64,000 nucleotides of DNA from NCBI GenBank assembly GCA_963695095.1, contig CAVOFT010000001.1, positions 1,312,001 to 1,376,000 on the forward strand, written 5' to 3'. A program made the position numbers and the translations under genes. Under the pieces are notes generated by a model. It was not told the origin of the DNA. It worked only from the letters and a program-made list of their open reading frames with translations, and searched no databases. Source of the stretch: an uncultured bacterium (GTDB lineage Bacteria > Krumholzibacteriota > Krumholzibacteriia > JACNKJ01). Positions 20,262 to 35,704 of this stretch are shown here, piece after piece. How positions within the stretch are numbered: position 1 is the first letter of the stretch; the number at the start of each line of letters is the position of its first letter.

Positions 20262-21243
20262 TTAGAAGTCCAGCGTGGCGGCCAGCGCATCGGCGATGCG
20301 CCCGGCCGTGGGCAGGTAGGCCTTCTCGCGGCTGAAGCCGGGCGTGATCACGTCGAAGCCCGTCACGCGCGCCACCGGCGCTTCCAGGTACATCAGCGCC
20401 TTGTCGTTGATGCGCGCGACGATCTCGCTCGACACGCCGAAGCTGCGCGGCGCCTCCTGCACGATGACGCAGCGGCCGGTCTTCTGCACCGAGTCCGCGA
20501 TGGCGTCGCCGTCCAGCGGCGAGATCGTGAGCAGGTCGATGAGTTCCACGCTCGCCCCGCGCTGCTCGGCGAGCTGCTCGGCCGCCTGCTCGGCCGGCCG
20601 GCGCATGGCGCCCCAGGCCACCAGCGTGATGTCCCCGCCCTCGCGCACGATCTCGGCCTTGCCGAGGGGCAGCGTCTCGGGCGCCTCGGGCACCTCCTCG
20701 CGCCAGGCGCGATAGCTGTGCTTGGGCTCCATGAAGACCACGGCGTCCGGGTCCGCGATCGCCGCGCGCAAGCAGCGCCCGTGCGTTCCGCGGCGTCGAG
20801 GGAATCACCACCTTGAGCCCCGGGAAGTGCGCGTAGGTGGCCTCGCGGCTCTCGCTGTGGTGCTCCAGCGCGCGCACGCCGCCGCCGTAGGGCATGCGCA
20901 TCACCATGGGCACCGTGAACTTGCCCCGCGTGCGGTTGCGGAAACGCGAGGCGTGGCCCTCGAGCTGGGCGATGGAGAGGTAGGAGAAGCCCGAGAACTG
21001 CATTTCGCAGACGGGCCTGAGCCCCGCCAGCGCCATGCCGATGCTCGCGCCCACGATGCCGCTTTCGGCCAGCGGCGTGTCGAGCACGCGCGTCTCGCCG
21101 AACTTGGCGTAGAGGCCCTCGGTGGCGCGGAAGACGCCGCCGTTGACGCCCACGTCCTCGCCCAGCACGATCACGCTGTCGTCTTCCGCCATCATTTCCG
21201 TGAGGGCCAGGTTAATCGCCTGGATCATGGTGAGCTTAGCCAC
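20262..21243 (-). CDS. pdhB: 2-oxoacid dehydrogenase E1 beta subunit; +1 frameshift at ~20769
   Basis: GEDVGVNGGVFRAT, DTPLAE, EHHSES, then DPDAVVFMEPK, SVQKTGR. GTG start overlaps the E1a end. Confidence 0.93.
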
Positions 21244-22342
21244 GGCTCGCCTCCTCGCGCTCGGCATCGCGGGCCACCAGGGCCTGGAAGGCGGCCCGCT
21301 GATCCTCGAGGCTCGGGTGCGGCTCGCCGAAGACGTGGTCGAAGGGCGTGTCGAGCTCCAGCTCGGTGTCCGCCTCGAAGGCCTTCACCTCCTCGGCAAT
21401 CGCCGCGCGCAGTTCCTCGCGCAGGGCCTCCTCGCGCTTCTCGTCCCAGAGCTTCTTGCTCTCGAGATAGCGGCGCAGGCGCAGGATGGGGTCCTTCGCG
21501 GCCCACTCGACCTGCGCGGCGGCTTCGTCGCGGTAGCGCGTGGGGTCGTCGGCCGTGGTGTGCACGCCCATGCGGTAGGTGACGGCCTCGATCAGGGTCG
21601 GCCCGCCGCCGCTCTTCGCGCGCTCCAGGGCCTCGCGGGTGGCGACCACCATGGCGAGCACGTCGTTGCCGTCCACCTGGATGCCCGGCATGCCGTAGGC
21701 GACGGCCTTCTGGGCGATGCTCTGCGCGCGCGTCTGCAGCTTGCGCGGAATGGAGATCGCCCACTGGTTGTTCTGGCAGATGAAGACCACCGGCGCCTGC
21801 CAGACGGCGGCGAAGTTGAGGCCCTCGTGGAAGTCGCCCTCGCTGGTGGCGCCGTCGCCGAACCAGCAGACCGTGGCGCTCTCCTCGCCGCGGTACTTCT
21901 GCGCGTAGGCCAGGCCCACCGCGTGGGGGATCTGCGCGCCGACGATGATGGAGTCCGGCAGCGTGCGCAGCGCGGGATCCAGCGCCGAGCCCTCCTCGCG
22001 CCCGTTCCAGAAGTGGAGGATGTCGCGGAAGCGGTGGCCGCGCATCAGGCGCCCGCCGAGTTCGCGGAAGGCGCCCACGAACCAGTCGTCCTTGCCCATG
22101 CAATGCGCGGGGGCCACCGAGACGGCTTCCTGTCCAACCGAGGGACTGAAGGTGCCCAGGCGCCCCTGCCGCTGCAGCTTGAGCATGCGGTCGTCGGCCT
22201 CGCGACCCCAGACCAGCCCGCGGTAGAGCGCGAGCAGCTCATCCTTGGCGAGCTTGGGATCGAGCGCGGCGTCGACCTTCCCCTCCGGATCCAGGATCTG
22301 CAGGTACTCGATGTCGAAGTGGGCAAGGGGAGTCCGGGGCAT
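21236..22342 (-). CDS. pdhA: Pyruvate (or branched-chain 2-oxoacid) dehydrogenase E1 alpha
   Basis: LQRQGRLG, GQEA, GDGATSEGDFHEGLN...NNQWAIS (TPP motif), YRMGVHTTADDP-x-RYR. Confidence 0.93.
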   Translation of the reverse strand: MPRTPLAHFDIEYLQILDPEGKVDAALDPKLAKDELLALYRGLVWGREADDRMLKLQRQGRLGTFSPSVGQEAVSVAPAHCMGKDDWFVGAFRELGGRLMRGHRFRDILHFWNGREEGSALDPALRTLPDSIIVGAQIPHAVGLAYAQKYRGEESATVCWFGDGATSEGDFHEGLNFAAVWQAPVVFICQNNQWAISIPRKLQTRAQSIAQKAVAYGMPGIQVDGNDVLAMVVATREALERAKSGGGPTLIEAVTYRMGVHTTADDPTRYRDEAAAQVEWAAKDPILRLRRYLESKKLWDEKREEALREELRAAIAEEVKAFEADTELELDTPFDHVFGEPHPSLEDQRAAFQALVARDAEREEASRG

Positions 22343-22548
22343 GGGCTTCCTTTCTGGGCAGTCCCGATCAGACTAACCCGCGCATCCAGCGGCCGCAAGT
22401 GCCGCCGGGGGCAGCCGAGTACAGGGCCCGCGATGCCTGAATTCGGCATTGAGAGCTGTGGCGCCGCTCATGCCTTGCGCATTGGCAAGCGATGGTCCAT
22501 CTATTGCTGGAATGCTGCGACTCACTCCGCAGGAGGCGGTTCCCCCCC

Positions 22549-25500
22549 ATGGATGCAAGCAAGACGACGAGCGCTCGTCCCGTGAAGTACCCCGGCATCC
22601 CCCTGACCACGAACGGCAACCAGCTCGTGGCCTACTACACCGAGGCCCGCATCACGGATGCCGGGCGTCTTCTATCCGATCACGCCGTCCACCGAGATGG
22701 GCGAGAACTACCAGCTCGCCTTCGCCGAGGGCAAGCTGAACGTCTTCGGCCGGCCCAAGCTGGCCATCGAGGCCGAGGGCGAGCACGCCGCCCAGGGCGG
22801 CGCCATCGCCTACTCGGTGACGGGCAAGCGCGTCGTCAACTTCACCTCGGGGCAGGGCCTGGTCTACGGGCTCGAGCAGTACTACCACGCGCCCGGGCAA
22901 GCTCTCGACGATGGTGGTGGAGGTCGCTGCCCGCGCGCTGACCAAGCACGCGCTGAACGTGCACTGCGGCCACGACGACGTCTACGCCGCGCTCGACACC
23001 GGCTGGATCATTCTCTTCGCGCAAGGACGCCCAGCAGGCCGCCGACCAGGCGCTCATCCTGCGCCGGGTCACCGAGCTGTCGCTGACCCCGGGCATCAAC
23101 GTCCAGGACGGCTTCCTCACCTCGCACCTCGAGCGCACGCTTCTACCGCCACGAGGCCGAGCTGATGCGCGAGTACCTCGGCGCGCCGGACGACCTGATC
23201 GACTGCCCCACGCCGCGCCCAGCGCGCGCTCTTCGGACCCGAGCGCCGCCGCGTGCCCGCCATGATCGACCTGGCGAACCCGGCTGCTCCTCGGCCCGGT
23301 GCAGAACCAGGAGCACTACATGAACGGCGTCGTCGCGCGCCGCGACAACTTCGCCGAGCCGATCCTGCGGCTTCCTCGAGGCGGCCTACGCCGAGTTCGC
23401 GCCGCCTCACGGGCCGCGACTACGGGCTCATCAGCCGCAGTACCGCTGCGAGGACGCGGAGACGGTCTTCGTCTCGCTCGGCTCGGCGGCCGAGAACATC
23501 GAGGCCGCCGTCGACCACCTGCGCGCGACGCGCGGAGCGAAGGTCGGCTCGATCCACGTCAACGTGCTGCGGCCCTTCCCCGAGGCGGCCTTGGTCGAGG
23601 CGCTGCGCCGGCAAGCAGCAACGTGATCGTCCTCGAGCGCACCGACGAGCCGCTGGCCGGCGCCAACCCGCTCACGCGCGACATCCGCGACGGCCTTCAC
23701 GAAGGCGCTGGAGAACGGCGTCGCGCCGGCCCATGCGGAGCTGCCCGCGATTACGGCGGCCGAGCTGCCGCGCATCTTCAGCGGCGTCTACGGCCTCGGG
23801 TCGCGCGACTTCCGGCCCGAGCACGTGCTCGGCGCCTACGAGTTCGCCACCGGCTGACGGCGAGCGCAAGGACGGCCGGACCGCCGCCGACGGCGAGAGC
23901 TTCTTCGTCCTCGGCGTCGATCACCCCTACGCGGTCATGCTCCGCCGAGACGCCCTCGCTCCTGCCCGAGCACGCCATCGCCGTGCGCTTGCACTCGATC
24001 GGCGGCTGGGGCATGATCACGACCGGCAAGAACCTGGGCGAGATCATCGGCGAGTTCGGTCGACTACCTCGCCGAGCGCGACGCGCGTGGACGAGCTGGG
24101 CCGGCCGAGCGAGGTCCTCCACGTCAGCGCGAACCCCAAGTACGGCTCCGAGAAGAAGGGCGCGCCCACCAACTACTTCCTCGTCGTCGCGCCCGAGCGC
24201 ATCCGGGTCAACTGCGACCTGCACCACGTGGACGTCGTGCTCTGCTGCGACCCCAAGGCCTTCACTGCACACGAATCCGCTGGAGGGGCTCAACCGACGG
24301 CGGCGCCTTCGTCTGGGAGTCGCGACGAGTCGCCCGAGACGGCCTGGGAGCGCATCCCGCCGCGCTACCGGCAGGCCATCCTCGACGCGAAGATCCGCGT
24401 CTTCATCCTGCCCGGCTTCGAGATCGCCCGCGACGGCCACCGACCGCGCCGATCTGCAGCTGCGCATGCAGGGCAATGCCTTCCTCGGCGCCTTCTTCGG
24501 CGTGTCGCAGCTTCCTCGCCGACAACGGCATCGACCACGAGCACTACCGCGAGGTCGTGCTGGCCCAGTACCAGAAGAAGTTCGGCCGCTTCGGCGAGGC
24601 GGTGGTGGCCTCCAACATGACGGTCATGAAGGAGGGCTTCTCCCAGGTGCGCGAGATCGTCTACGGCGCTGCCGACGCGCCCGACCGCTCGACCATGCGC
24701 GGGCAGTTGCTCGTGGACTGCGTGGACGGCGGCTGCGCGACCAGCGCGCCGCCTGCGGGCCAGGGGGAGCGCGTGCGGCTGTTCACGCTCGACGCCTTCG
24801 ACGGCGAGTTCCGCGCCGGGCTCGGCTACGACCAGCCGGCCTCGGCTTTCGCCTCGGTGGGCGTCATGGCCGCGGCCACGGGCGCCACGGCGACGCAAGT
24901 ACGTCGCCCGCCGCGAGACGCCGATCTGGATTCCCGAGAACTGCACGCAGTGCATGGAGTGCATCGCCGCCTGCCCGGACACGGCCCTGCCCAACACGGC
25001 CCAGGACCTGGCCACGGTGCTGCGCACGGCCATCGTCGAACTACGTGAGCGAGCCCGTCGCGCGGGCGGCCTTGCTCAAGGCCGTGCCCGCGCTGGATGC
25101 CGCGCTGCACCCGCGCATGCTGGCCGCCGTGCAGGCCAAGGAGCACCCGACCGTGCACGCCCTTCTCGCCGAGGAGCTGGAGAAGCTCGCGGCGGCTGAG
25201 TGCCGCGGCGAAGGCGCAGCTGCTCGCCGTGCTCGAGCAGGTGCCGCTGGCCTACAACAAGGTGAACGCCATCTTCGCTGACCACGGAGAAGAAGGAGCC
25301 GGGCGCGGGCGGCGTCTTCTCGATCTTCGTCTCGGACCTCTGCAAGGGCTGCGCGGAGTGCGTCACCGAGTGCGGCGATCACGAGGCCCTGGTGATGGTG
25401 CCGGAGACCGAGGAACTGAACGCCGATCACGCGACCGGCACCGCCTTCCTGGACCTCCTGCCCGACACCTCGCAGCAAGTACCTCGGCCTCTACGACGAC

Positions 25501-27285
25501 GAGCAACCCGCACGACTCCAAGACCGCCGCTCTGCGCAACCACCTCATGGTGCGGCGCAACTACGAGGCGCTCGTCTCGGGCGACGGCGCCTGCGCGGGC
25601 TGCGGCGAGAAGAGCGTGCTGCACGCGGTGGCCTCGCTCACCGAGGCCTCATGCGTCCGCTCTACCACGCCAAGGCCGAGCGGCTGGCGGCGAAGGCCGC
25701 GCGCCTGCGACGCGCACGGCGCCGAGCGACTGGCGGCCGCTGCCGGGCAGGATGCCGAGGAGCACGCGCTGCTTCGGCGCCAGGCCGTCGCCCACCTCCT
25801 GATGGGCCTCGGCGGCGAGAGACGAGGAGGACACCCTCGCCCGCCTCGCCGCGCACGGCCTGATCTGACGGACGCCGAGATCGTCGGAGGCCATGGCCGC
25901 TGTGCTGCGAGCAGGACGCCTTCAACCACAAGGAGCTGCAGGCGCTCGACGGCCGGCTCGCGAACGGCATGTCGGTGATGGCCATGGGCGCGCACACCGG
26001 CTGCAACACCGTCTACGGCTCGACGCCGCCCAACAACCCGCACCCCTACCCCTGGATGAACTCGCTCTTCCAGGACGGCGCCACGGTGACCTGGCTCTTC
26101 GGCGAGAGCTTCATCATGGACCACGCCCGCCGCTCGGTGATCCCCGAGCGCCTGGCCGACGCTGCTCGCTGGCGGCGAGGGCGAGGCGCCGATCGACTGC
26201 CGAGCGACGCTACTGTTCGAGCTCACGCACTTCACCGACGCCGGCATGACGCGACCGCGAGATCGCCGAGCTGCCCAAGGCCTGGGCGCATCGGCGGCGA
26301 CGGCGGCATGGGCGACATCGGCTTCCAGAACGTCTCGAAGGTGATCCTGCAGAACCGGCCGAACGTGAAGCTGCTCATGCTCGACACGCAGGTCTACTCG
26401 AACACCGGCGGACAGAACTCGGACTCCTCGCCCGATGCCCGGCGGCTTCGACATGAACCAGTTCGGCGTGGCCACGCCAGGGCAAGAGCGTGGAGAAGAA
26501 GAGCGCTGGCCGAGATCTTCATCGCCGGTCACGGCTCGCCCTTCGTGGCGCAGGTCTCGATGGCCAATGCGCCGCAGCTTCTACCAGGCGATTCTCGACG
26601 CCCTCGACTATCGCGGCACCGCCTTCCTGCAGTGCTTCACCACCTGCCAGCCCGAGCACGGCGTCGCCGACGATCAGGCCACGCGGCAGGCGCAGCGCGT
26701 CCGCGACACCCGCGGCATGCCCGAGTTCGTCTTCGACCCGCGATCGGGCGAGACCTATCGCCGAGGCCCTGGACCTCAAGGGCAATCCCACGGTCGAGGC
26801 CGACTGGTGGGAGGCGCGCAGCAAGGACAAGCAGTCCAAGTACCGCTACACGGTCGCCCACTGGGCGACCACCGAGGCCCGCTTCCGGCAGCACTTCCGC
26901 CGCCTCAAGCCCGGCGAGGCCGCGGGCCTGGTGCACCTCGACGACATGCTGCTGCGCCTGAGCCAGCAGGACGTCGTTGCGCGCCGCCATCTCGATCCCG
27001 CAGCACCGCGCCTTCGTGCCCGACTTCGGCGTCTTCCTGCGCGTCGAGGACGAGGCCGGCGCCTGGCGCGAGCTGGCCATGAGCCGGCAGATGGTCCTCT
27101 TCTGCGTGGAGCGGCGCAAGGCCTGGCGCCTGCTGCAGAGCAAGGCGGGCATCGTGAACAAAGAGTACCTGGCGCAGAAGGCCCTGCTCGCCAAGCTCGA
27201 CGCCGGCGAACTCACGCTGGCCGAGCTGGAGGCGCATCCGGAGGAGCTGCTCGCCGCGGCCGTCGCCGCCCTGGACGCGAGCTGA
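22549..27285 (+). CDS. Large single-chain pyruvate/2-oxoacid:ferredoxin oxidoreductase; heavily frameshifted in this assembly
   Basis: Pieces across frames: YPITPSTEMGE, NFTSGQGL, DGFLTSH, HSIGGWG, PKYGSEKKG, CTQCMECIAACP, CKGCAECVTEC, GACAGCGE, TGCNTVYGST, GGDG, DTQVYSNTGGQ, CQPEHG. Confidence 0.9.
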
Positions 27286-27287
27286 GC

Positions 27288-28316
27288 GTGGAAGCGCGCG
27301 CGGAGTCGCTGGCCCAGGAGCTGGCCGCTGCCCGCGCGGGCCTCGTCTTCCGCGTGCAGCTCACGGGCGAAGTGCTGCGGGCCACGGGCGCCGACGCGCC
27401 GGGCTGGCTCCAGGCCACGCTGAGCCAGGATCTGGCGCCGCTGGCGCCGGGCGAAGGGGCGCGCAGCCTGCTGCTCGATCCGCGCGCCACCGTGCTGGCT
27501 GACCTGCTCGTGCTGCGCGAGCCGGCGGGCTATCTGCTCATCGCCGACAGCGACCCGGCACGGCCCCTGGCCGAGGAGCTCGCGCGGCGCATCTTTCGCG
27601 AGGACGTCCAGCTCGCGCCGCTGGGCGCGGCGGGCGAGCAGCTCTGGCTGGCGGGACCGGACGCGGCGGCCTTCCTCCGCACGGAACTCGCTCTTGCCGA
27701 GCTGCCGACGGCCCCCTGCGCCCACCGTCGCGCCGCCTGCGCGGGCTGGCCGCTCACCCTGCTCGCCTCCCCCCGCCTGGGTCCGCCCGGATTCGAACTG
27801 GTCCTCGACGCCGCCTGCGGCCCGCAGGGCCCCGCGGCCCCCGCCGCCGGCGAGGGCGCAGCGGGCGCCCTGCGCGGACTCTTCCAGGCCCTGGCCGCGG
27901 CCGGCGGGCGCCGGCTCTCGCCTGCGGCGGCGGAGTACCTGCGCATCGCCGCCGGCCGACCCCGCCGCGACCCCGACCTCGCGCGCGTGCTGCCGGCGGA
28001 GGCCGGCCTCGTCCCCGAGGCGGTCAGCCTCGGCAAGGGCTGCTACCCCGGCCAGGAGGTGGTGATGCGCCAGGCGAGCCGCGGTCGCCCGCGCTGGCGG
28101 CCGCAGGTCCTCGCCGGGCCAGGGGCACCGCCGGCCGGGGGCGCTGCGCTGCGCACGGCGGCGGGCGAGTCCGCCGGCTGGGTCAGCTCGGCGGCAGCCG
28201 ATGCCGAGGGCGGCTTCCTGGCCCTGGCCTACCTGCGCGCCGAGGGGGCCGCCGAGGGCCTCAGCCTGGAGGACGGCCGCGCGCTTCGGCCCTGGCCAGG
28301 CCTCGATTCGCACTGA
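27288..28316 (+). CDS. ygfZ: YgfZ/GcvT-family folate-binding protein (Fe-S maturation)
   Basis: G-x-DA-x-x-WLQ, LRIAAG-x-P, KGCYPGQE motif; GTG 2 nt after the PFOR stop. Confidence 0.85.
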   Translation: MEARAESLAQELAAARAGLVFRVQLTGEVLRATGADAPGWLQATLSQDLAPLAPGEGARSLLLDPRATVLADLLVLREPAGYLLIADSDPARPLAEELARRIFREDVQLAPLGAAGEQLWLAGPDAAAFLRTELALAELPTAPCAHRRAACAGWPLTLLASPRLGPPGFELVLDAACGPQGPAAPAAGEGAAGALRGLFQALAAAGGRRLSPAAAEYLRIAAGRPRRDPDLARVLPAEAGLVPEAVSLGKGCYPGQEVVMRQASRGRPRWRPQVLAGPGAPPAGGAALRTAAGESAGWVSSAAADAEGGFLALAYLRAEGAAEGLSLEDGRALRPWPGLDSH

Positions 28317-28524
28317 CGCCTGGCTGCCGCACTGGCAGGGTTTCCGGCCACCCAGAGCGCTGCCGCCGACTGTTTGGCAGGGCCTCTCCACCGTTCGCGC
28401 CCGCGCGATCTGCTAAGGCATGTCCATTCAATGCATTGTGAGGCAAGCCGGACTTGGCCTCGCACTTGCGGTGCCGCCTCTGCCGGCTGTGCTATCCTGC
28501 GCCGGCAGATCCCGGAGGCTGAGC

Positions 28525-31188
<2,664 letters not shown>

Positions 31189-31308
31189 GCTCGGGCCGCC
31201 TCTTGCGGCCCGGCGCCCGGTGCATATCTTCCATCCCGAGTGAATTGAGCTTTGGAGGAATATCGGGATCCAAAGCTCCGGATCCTGGCGAATGCGACGG
31301 AGGAGACC

Positions 31309-31728
31309 ATGCCCTACGATGAGTTGCTCGTGAGCCCGATGCGGGCTGAACTGACGCGGATCGGTGTCGAGGAACTGCGCGACGCGGTCGCGGTCGAGCG
31401 CTGGCTCGGGCAGAAGACAGGCAGTGCCCTGCTCTTCGTGAACTCCGTCTGCGGCTGCGCAGCGGGGATGGCCCGGCCGGGTCTGGCCATGGCGCTGAAG
31501 GGTGAGGCCCGGCCCGACCGCCTGGCCACCGTCTTCGCCGGGCAGGACAGCGAGGCCACGGCGGCCGCCCGCGCCCACTTCACGGACCTGCCGCCCAGCA
31601 GTCCCTCGGCGGCGCTGTTCAAGGACGGCAAGCTGGTTTTCTTCCTGCCACGCCACGCCATCGAGGGCCGCGAGGCCGACGATGTGGCCGCCGATCTCAG
31701 CGCGGCCTTTGCGCGCTTCTGCGCCTGA
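31309..31728 (+). CDS. Bacilliredoxin BrxA/BrxB family (YphP, CGC motif)
   Basis: MPYDE-x-LV-x-PMR-x-ELT, VNSVCGCAAG-x-ARP, TVFAGQD-x-EAT, PPSSPS-x-ALFKDG, RH-x-IEGR. Confidence 0.93.
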   Translation: MPYDELLVSPMRAELTRIGVEELRDAVAVERWLGQKTGSALLFVNSVCGCAAGMARPGLAMALKGEARPDRLATVFAGQDSEATAAARAHFTDLPPSSPSAALFKDGKLVFFLPRHAIEGREADDVAADLSAAFARFCA

Positions 31729-31744
31729 GCCCGGAGGCCTCCGC

Positions 31745-32077
31745 ATGAGCGAGACCCTTGCCCAGCGCCGCTGCCGGCCTCTGCCCGCGGGCACGCCGGC
31801 GCTCGCGGCCGTGGCCTGCCGGACCTTCCTCGCCGAGCTGCCCGGCTGGGAGCTGGCGGCCGGCCGCCTGCGCCGCGAGTTCCGCTTCGCCGACTTCGCC
31901 GAGGCCCTGGCCTTCGTGAATGCCATCGGCGGCCTTGCCGAGGCCGAGGATCACCATCCGGACATCGCGCTGAGTTGGGGCAAGGTGGGCGTGGAACTGT
32001 GGACGCACAGCGTGGACGGCCTGAGCGAGAACGACTTCATCCTCGCCGCCAAGATCGAGGCCCTGCCCCGGGCCTAG
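31745..32077 (+). CDS. phhB: Pterin-4-alpha-carbinolamine dehydratase
   Basis: AE-x-[25 protein letters not shown]. Confidence 0.93.
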   Translation: MSETLAQRRCRPLPAGTPALAAVACRTFLAELPGWELAAGRLRREFRFADFAEALAFVNAIGGLAEAEDHHPDIALSWGKVGVELWTHSVDGLSENDFILAAKIEALPRA

Positions 32078-32087
32078 CGCGTCCTGC

Positions 32088-33848
<1,761 letters not shown>

Positions 33849-34035
33849 ATCCTGTCCTTCGAGATGGCGATCCTTCCAAGTCAGTTATCGGACTGGGAAG
33901 GCGGGGCTTTAGTCATCTCGCAGCGACAGTTGCCGCGCGCGCCGAGCGTTGCGCGCGCGGCCCCGAGAGGGCGCAGGAGGGAGCCCGGTCGGGGCAGGCG
34001 TCACCGGCCGGGAGGGTGAAGCGCGGCGAATTCGT

Positions 34036-34764
34036 TCAGTGCAGATAACGCTGACGGTATTCGCTCAGGGCCTGGTAGAGCTGCTGGTAGGAGTCGATCA
34101 CGAAGAGGATGGGCTGGTAGTGGTCGATCTCGAAGTCCTGTGCGATCACGCGCTCGAGATCGAAGTCCACGCGCTCCACCTCGGGGCTCTCCAGGCAGTG
34201 CCTGCCCTCGCCCGGGGAGGAGATGAGCCCGCTGCCATAGAGCTTGAGCGCCCCGGCCTCGCGGATCAGACCGAACTCCACGGTGAACCAGAACAGGCGC
34301 TGCAGCTCGGCGAGCCGCGGCTCGCCGCCGCAGTCCAGCGCGGCGGCTCCGTAGGCCTGCAGGAAGTCGCCGAAGATCTTGTTCGCGTGCATGGGCACGT
34401 GCCCGAACACGTCGTGGAAGATATCGGGTTCGGGCAGATAGTCGAGCTGCTCGCGCGGGCGCACGGTGATGGTGGTCGGGAAATCGCGACGGGCCAGGCA
34501 GGCGAAGAAGTCGTCGGCGGGGATGTAGCCGGGCACGGCCCGCGAGGTCCAGCCGGTCACCGGCCCCAGGCGGGCGTTGATGTCGCTGAGCTGGGGAACG
34601 CGGTCGGCGTAGATCTCCAGGGTGCGCAGGCCATCCAGGTAGGCCTGGCTCGCCTGCTCCTTGAGCTCGGCCATGCGCCGGTCGTAGAGCAGCTTCCAGA
34701 CCGCGTGGTTCTCGGGCGTGTAGCGGGCGTAGTCCTGGTCGATGAAGGCGATCGGCACGGGCAA
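34036..34764 (-). CDS. phhA: Phenylalanine 4-monooxygenase
   Basis: YTPENHAVW, EPDIFHDVFGHVP (Fe His ligands), WFTVEFGL, YGSGLISSPGE; TTG start after GAGGAG. Confidence 0.93.
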   Translation of the reverse strand: MPVPIAFIDQDYARYTPENHAVWKLLYDRRMAELKEQASQAYLDGLRTLEIYADRVPQLSDINARLGPVTGWTSRAVPGYIPADDFFACLARRDFPTTITVRPREQLDYLPEPDIFHDVFGHVPMHANKIFGDFLQAYGAAALDCGGEPRLAELQRLFWFTVEFGLIREAGALKLYGSGLISSPGEGRHCLESPEVERVDFDLERVIAQDFEIDHYQPILFVIDSYQQLYQALSEYRQRYLH

Positions 34765-34947
34765 TCTCCTCGGAACGGACCCTGAGGCATTTCCTTAGCC
34801 TGGGCCGCCAGCCATGCTTTTGCATAATAATTCCGGAATCAGGCGCCCCGCGTCAAGGCCAAAGCCCCGGGGAGGCCGCCTTGCGAGGCGCGAGCACCTC
34901 GACTACCCTGCGCAGGCCGTCCCTCCGGGCGGTGGGGAGGACCGTCC

Positions 34948-35622
34948 ATGCCCGAGAGCGATCCGAGAATCCTGGAGCTGCGCGCCTCGCCGCTCTTTCG
35001 CCATCTGCCGGCGGCGGACCTGGCCGGTATCGCTCCGGAGCTGAGCCGGCGCGTCTACCTGCGCGGCCAGCGCATCGTCCAGCAGGGCGAGCCCGCCCGC
35101 GGCTTCTTCGTCATCCTCTTCGGGCGGGTGAAGATCCAGGTCAGCTCGGGTTCCGGCAAGGAGCAGGTCCTGCACTTCTTCGCCACCGGCGACAGCTTCG
35201 GCGAGGCGGCGATGCTGGCCGGCGGCGACTTCCACGCCGAGGCCGTGGCCATGGAGCGCACCCGCGTGGCCTACCTGCCCGCCGCGATCTTCCACCGCGA
35301 ACTCGAGGAACGGCCCGAGTTCGCGCGGCAGGTGCTGCTGTCGATGGCCAGGCGGCTCCTCGAGTTCTCCCACATCATCGAGGATCTCGCCATGCGGGAG
35401 GTCAAGGCGCGGCTGGCCTGCTACCTCCTGCGCGAGGGCCGCGGCCAGCGCGGACTCACGCTGCCGATGGGCAAAGGCGAGCTGGCCCAGCTCCTGGGCA
35501 CCACCGCCGAGAGCCTCTCGCGCTCCCTGCGCGTGCTGAGCGATCAGGGCGCGATCGCCGTCAAGGGCAAGCGCATCACCCTGCTCGACCCCGACGCCCT
35601 GCTCGACCTCGCCGGCAGCTAG
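34948..35622 (+). CDS. Crp/Fnr-family regulator (no N-terminal Cys cluster; Dnr/HcpR-like)
   Basis: cNMP-fold GDSFGEAAM, RLACYLL, HTH LAQLLGTTAESLSR. Confidence 0.92.
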   Translation: MPESDPRILELRASPLFRHLPAADLAGIAPELSRRVYLRGQRIVQQGEPARGFFVILFGRVKIQVSSGSGKEQVLHFFATGDSFGEAAMLAGGDFHAEAVAMERTRVAYLPAAIFHRELEERPEFARQVLLSMARRLLEFSHIIEDLAMREVKARLACYLLREGRGQRGLTLPMGKGELAQLLGTTAESLSRSLRVLSDQGAIAVKGKRITLLDPDALLDLAGS

Positions 35623-35627
35623 CTTCC

Positions 35628-35669
35628 TTGACCTGAGTCAATGCCGCTCGGTCCGGCGCCGCTTACTGT
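35628..35669 (+). promoter_or_regulatory. Crp/Fnr-type box TTGAC-CTGA-GTCAA with class II promoter (-10 TACTGT)
   Basis: Palindrome at 35628-35641; TACTGT at 35664-35669 lies where expected for a box centred at -41.5. Confidence 0.8.
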
Positions 35670-35704
35670 GGCGGGGCAGCGCTACTCTGAGCCAGGAGCT
35701 TGCC

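Noticed and set aside
26490..28316. Apparent PFOR-YgfZ fusion
   Set aside because: A result of PFOR frameshifts; PFOR stops at 27285 and ygfZ starts at 27288.
28317..28524. CIRCE/CtsR/HspR heat-shock operator upstream of clpB
   Set aside because: No convincing match to TTAGCACTC-N9-GAGTGCTAA or the other boxes; only weak GC hairpins.
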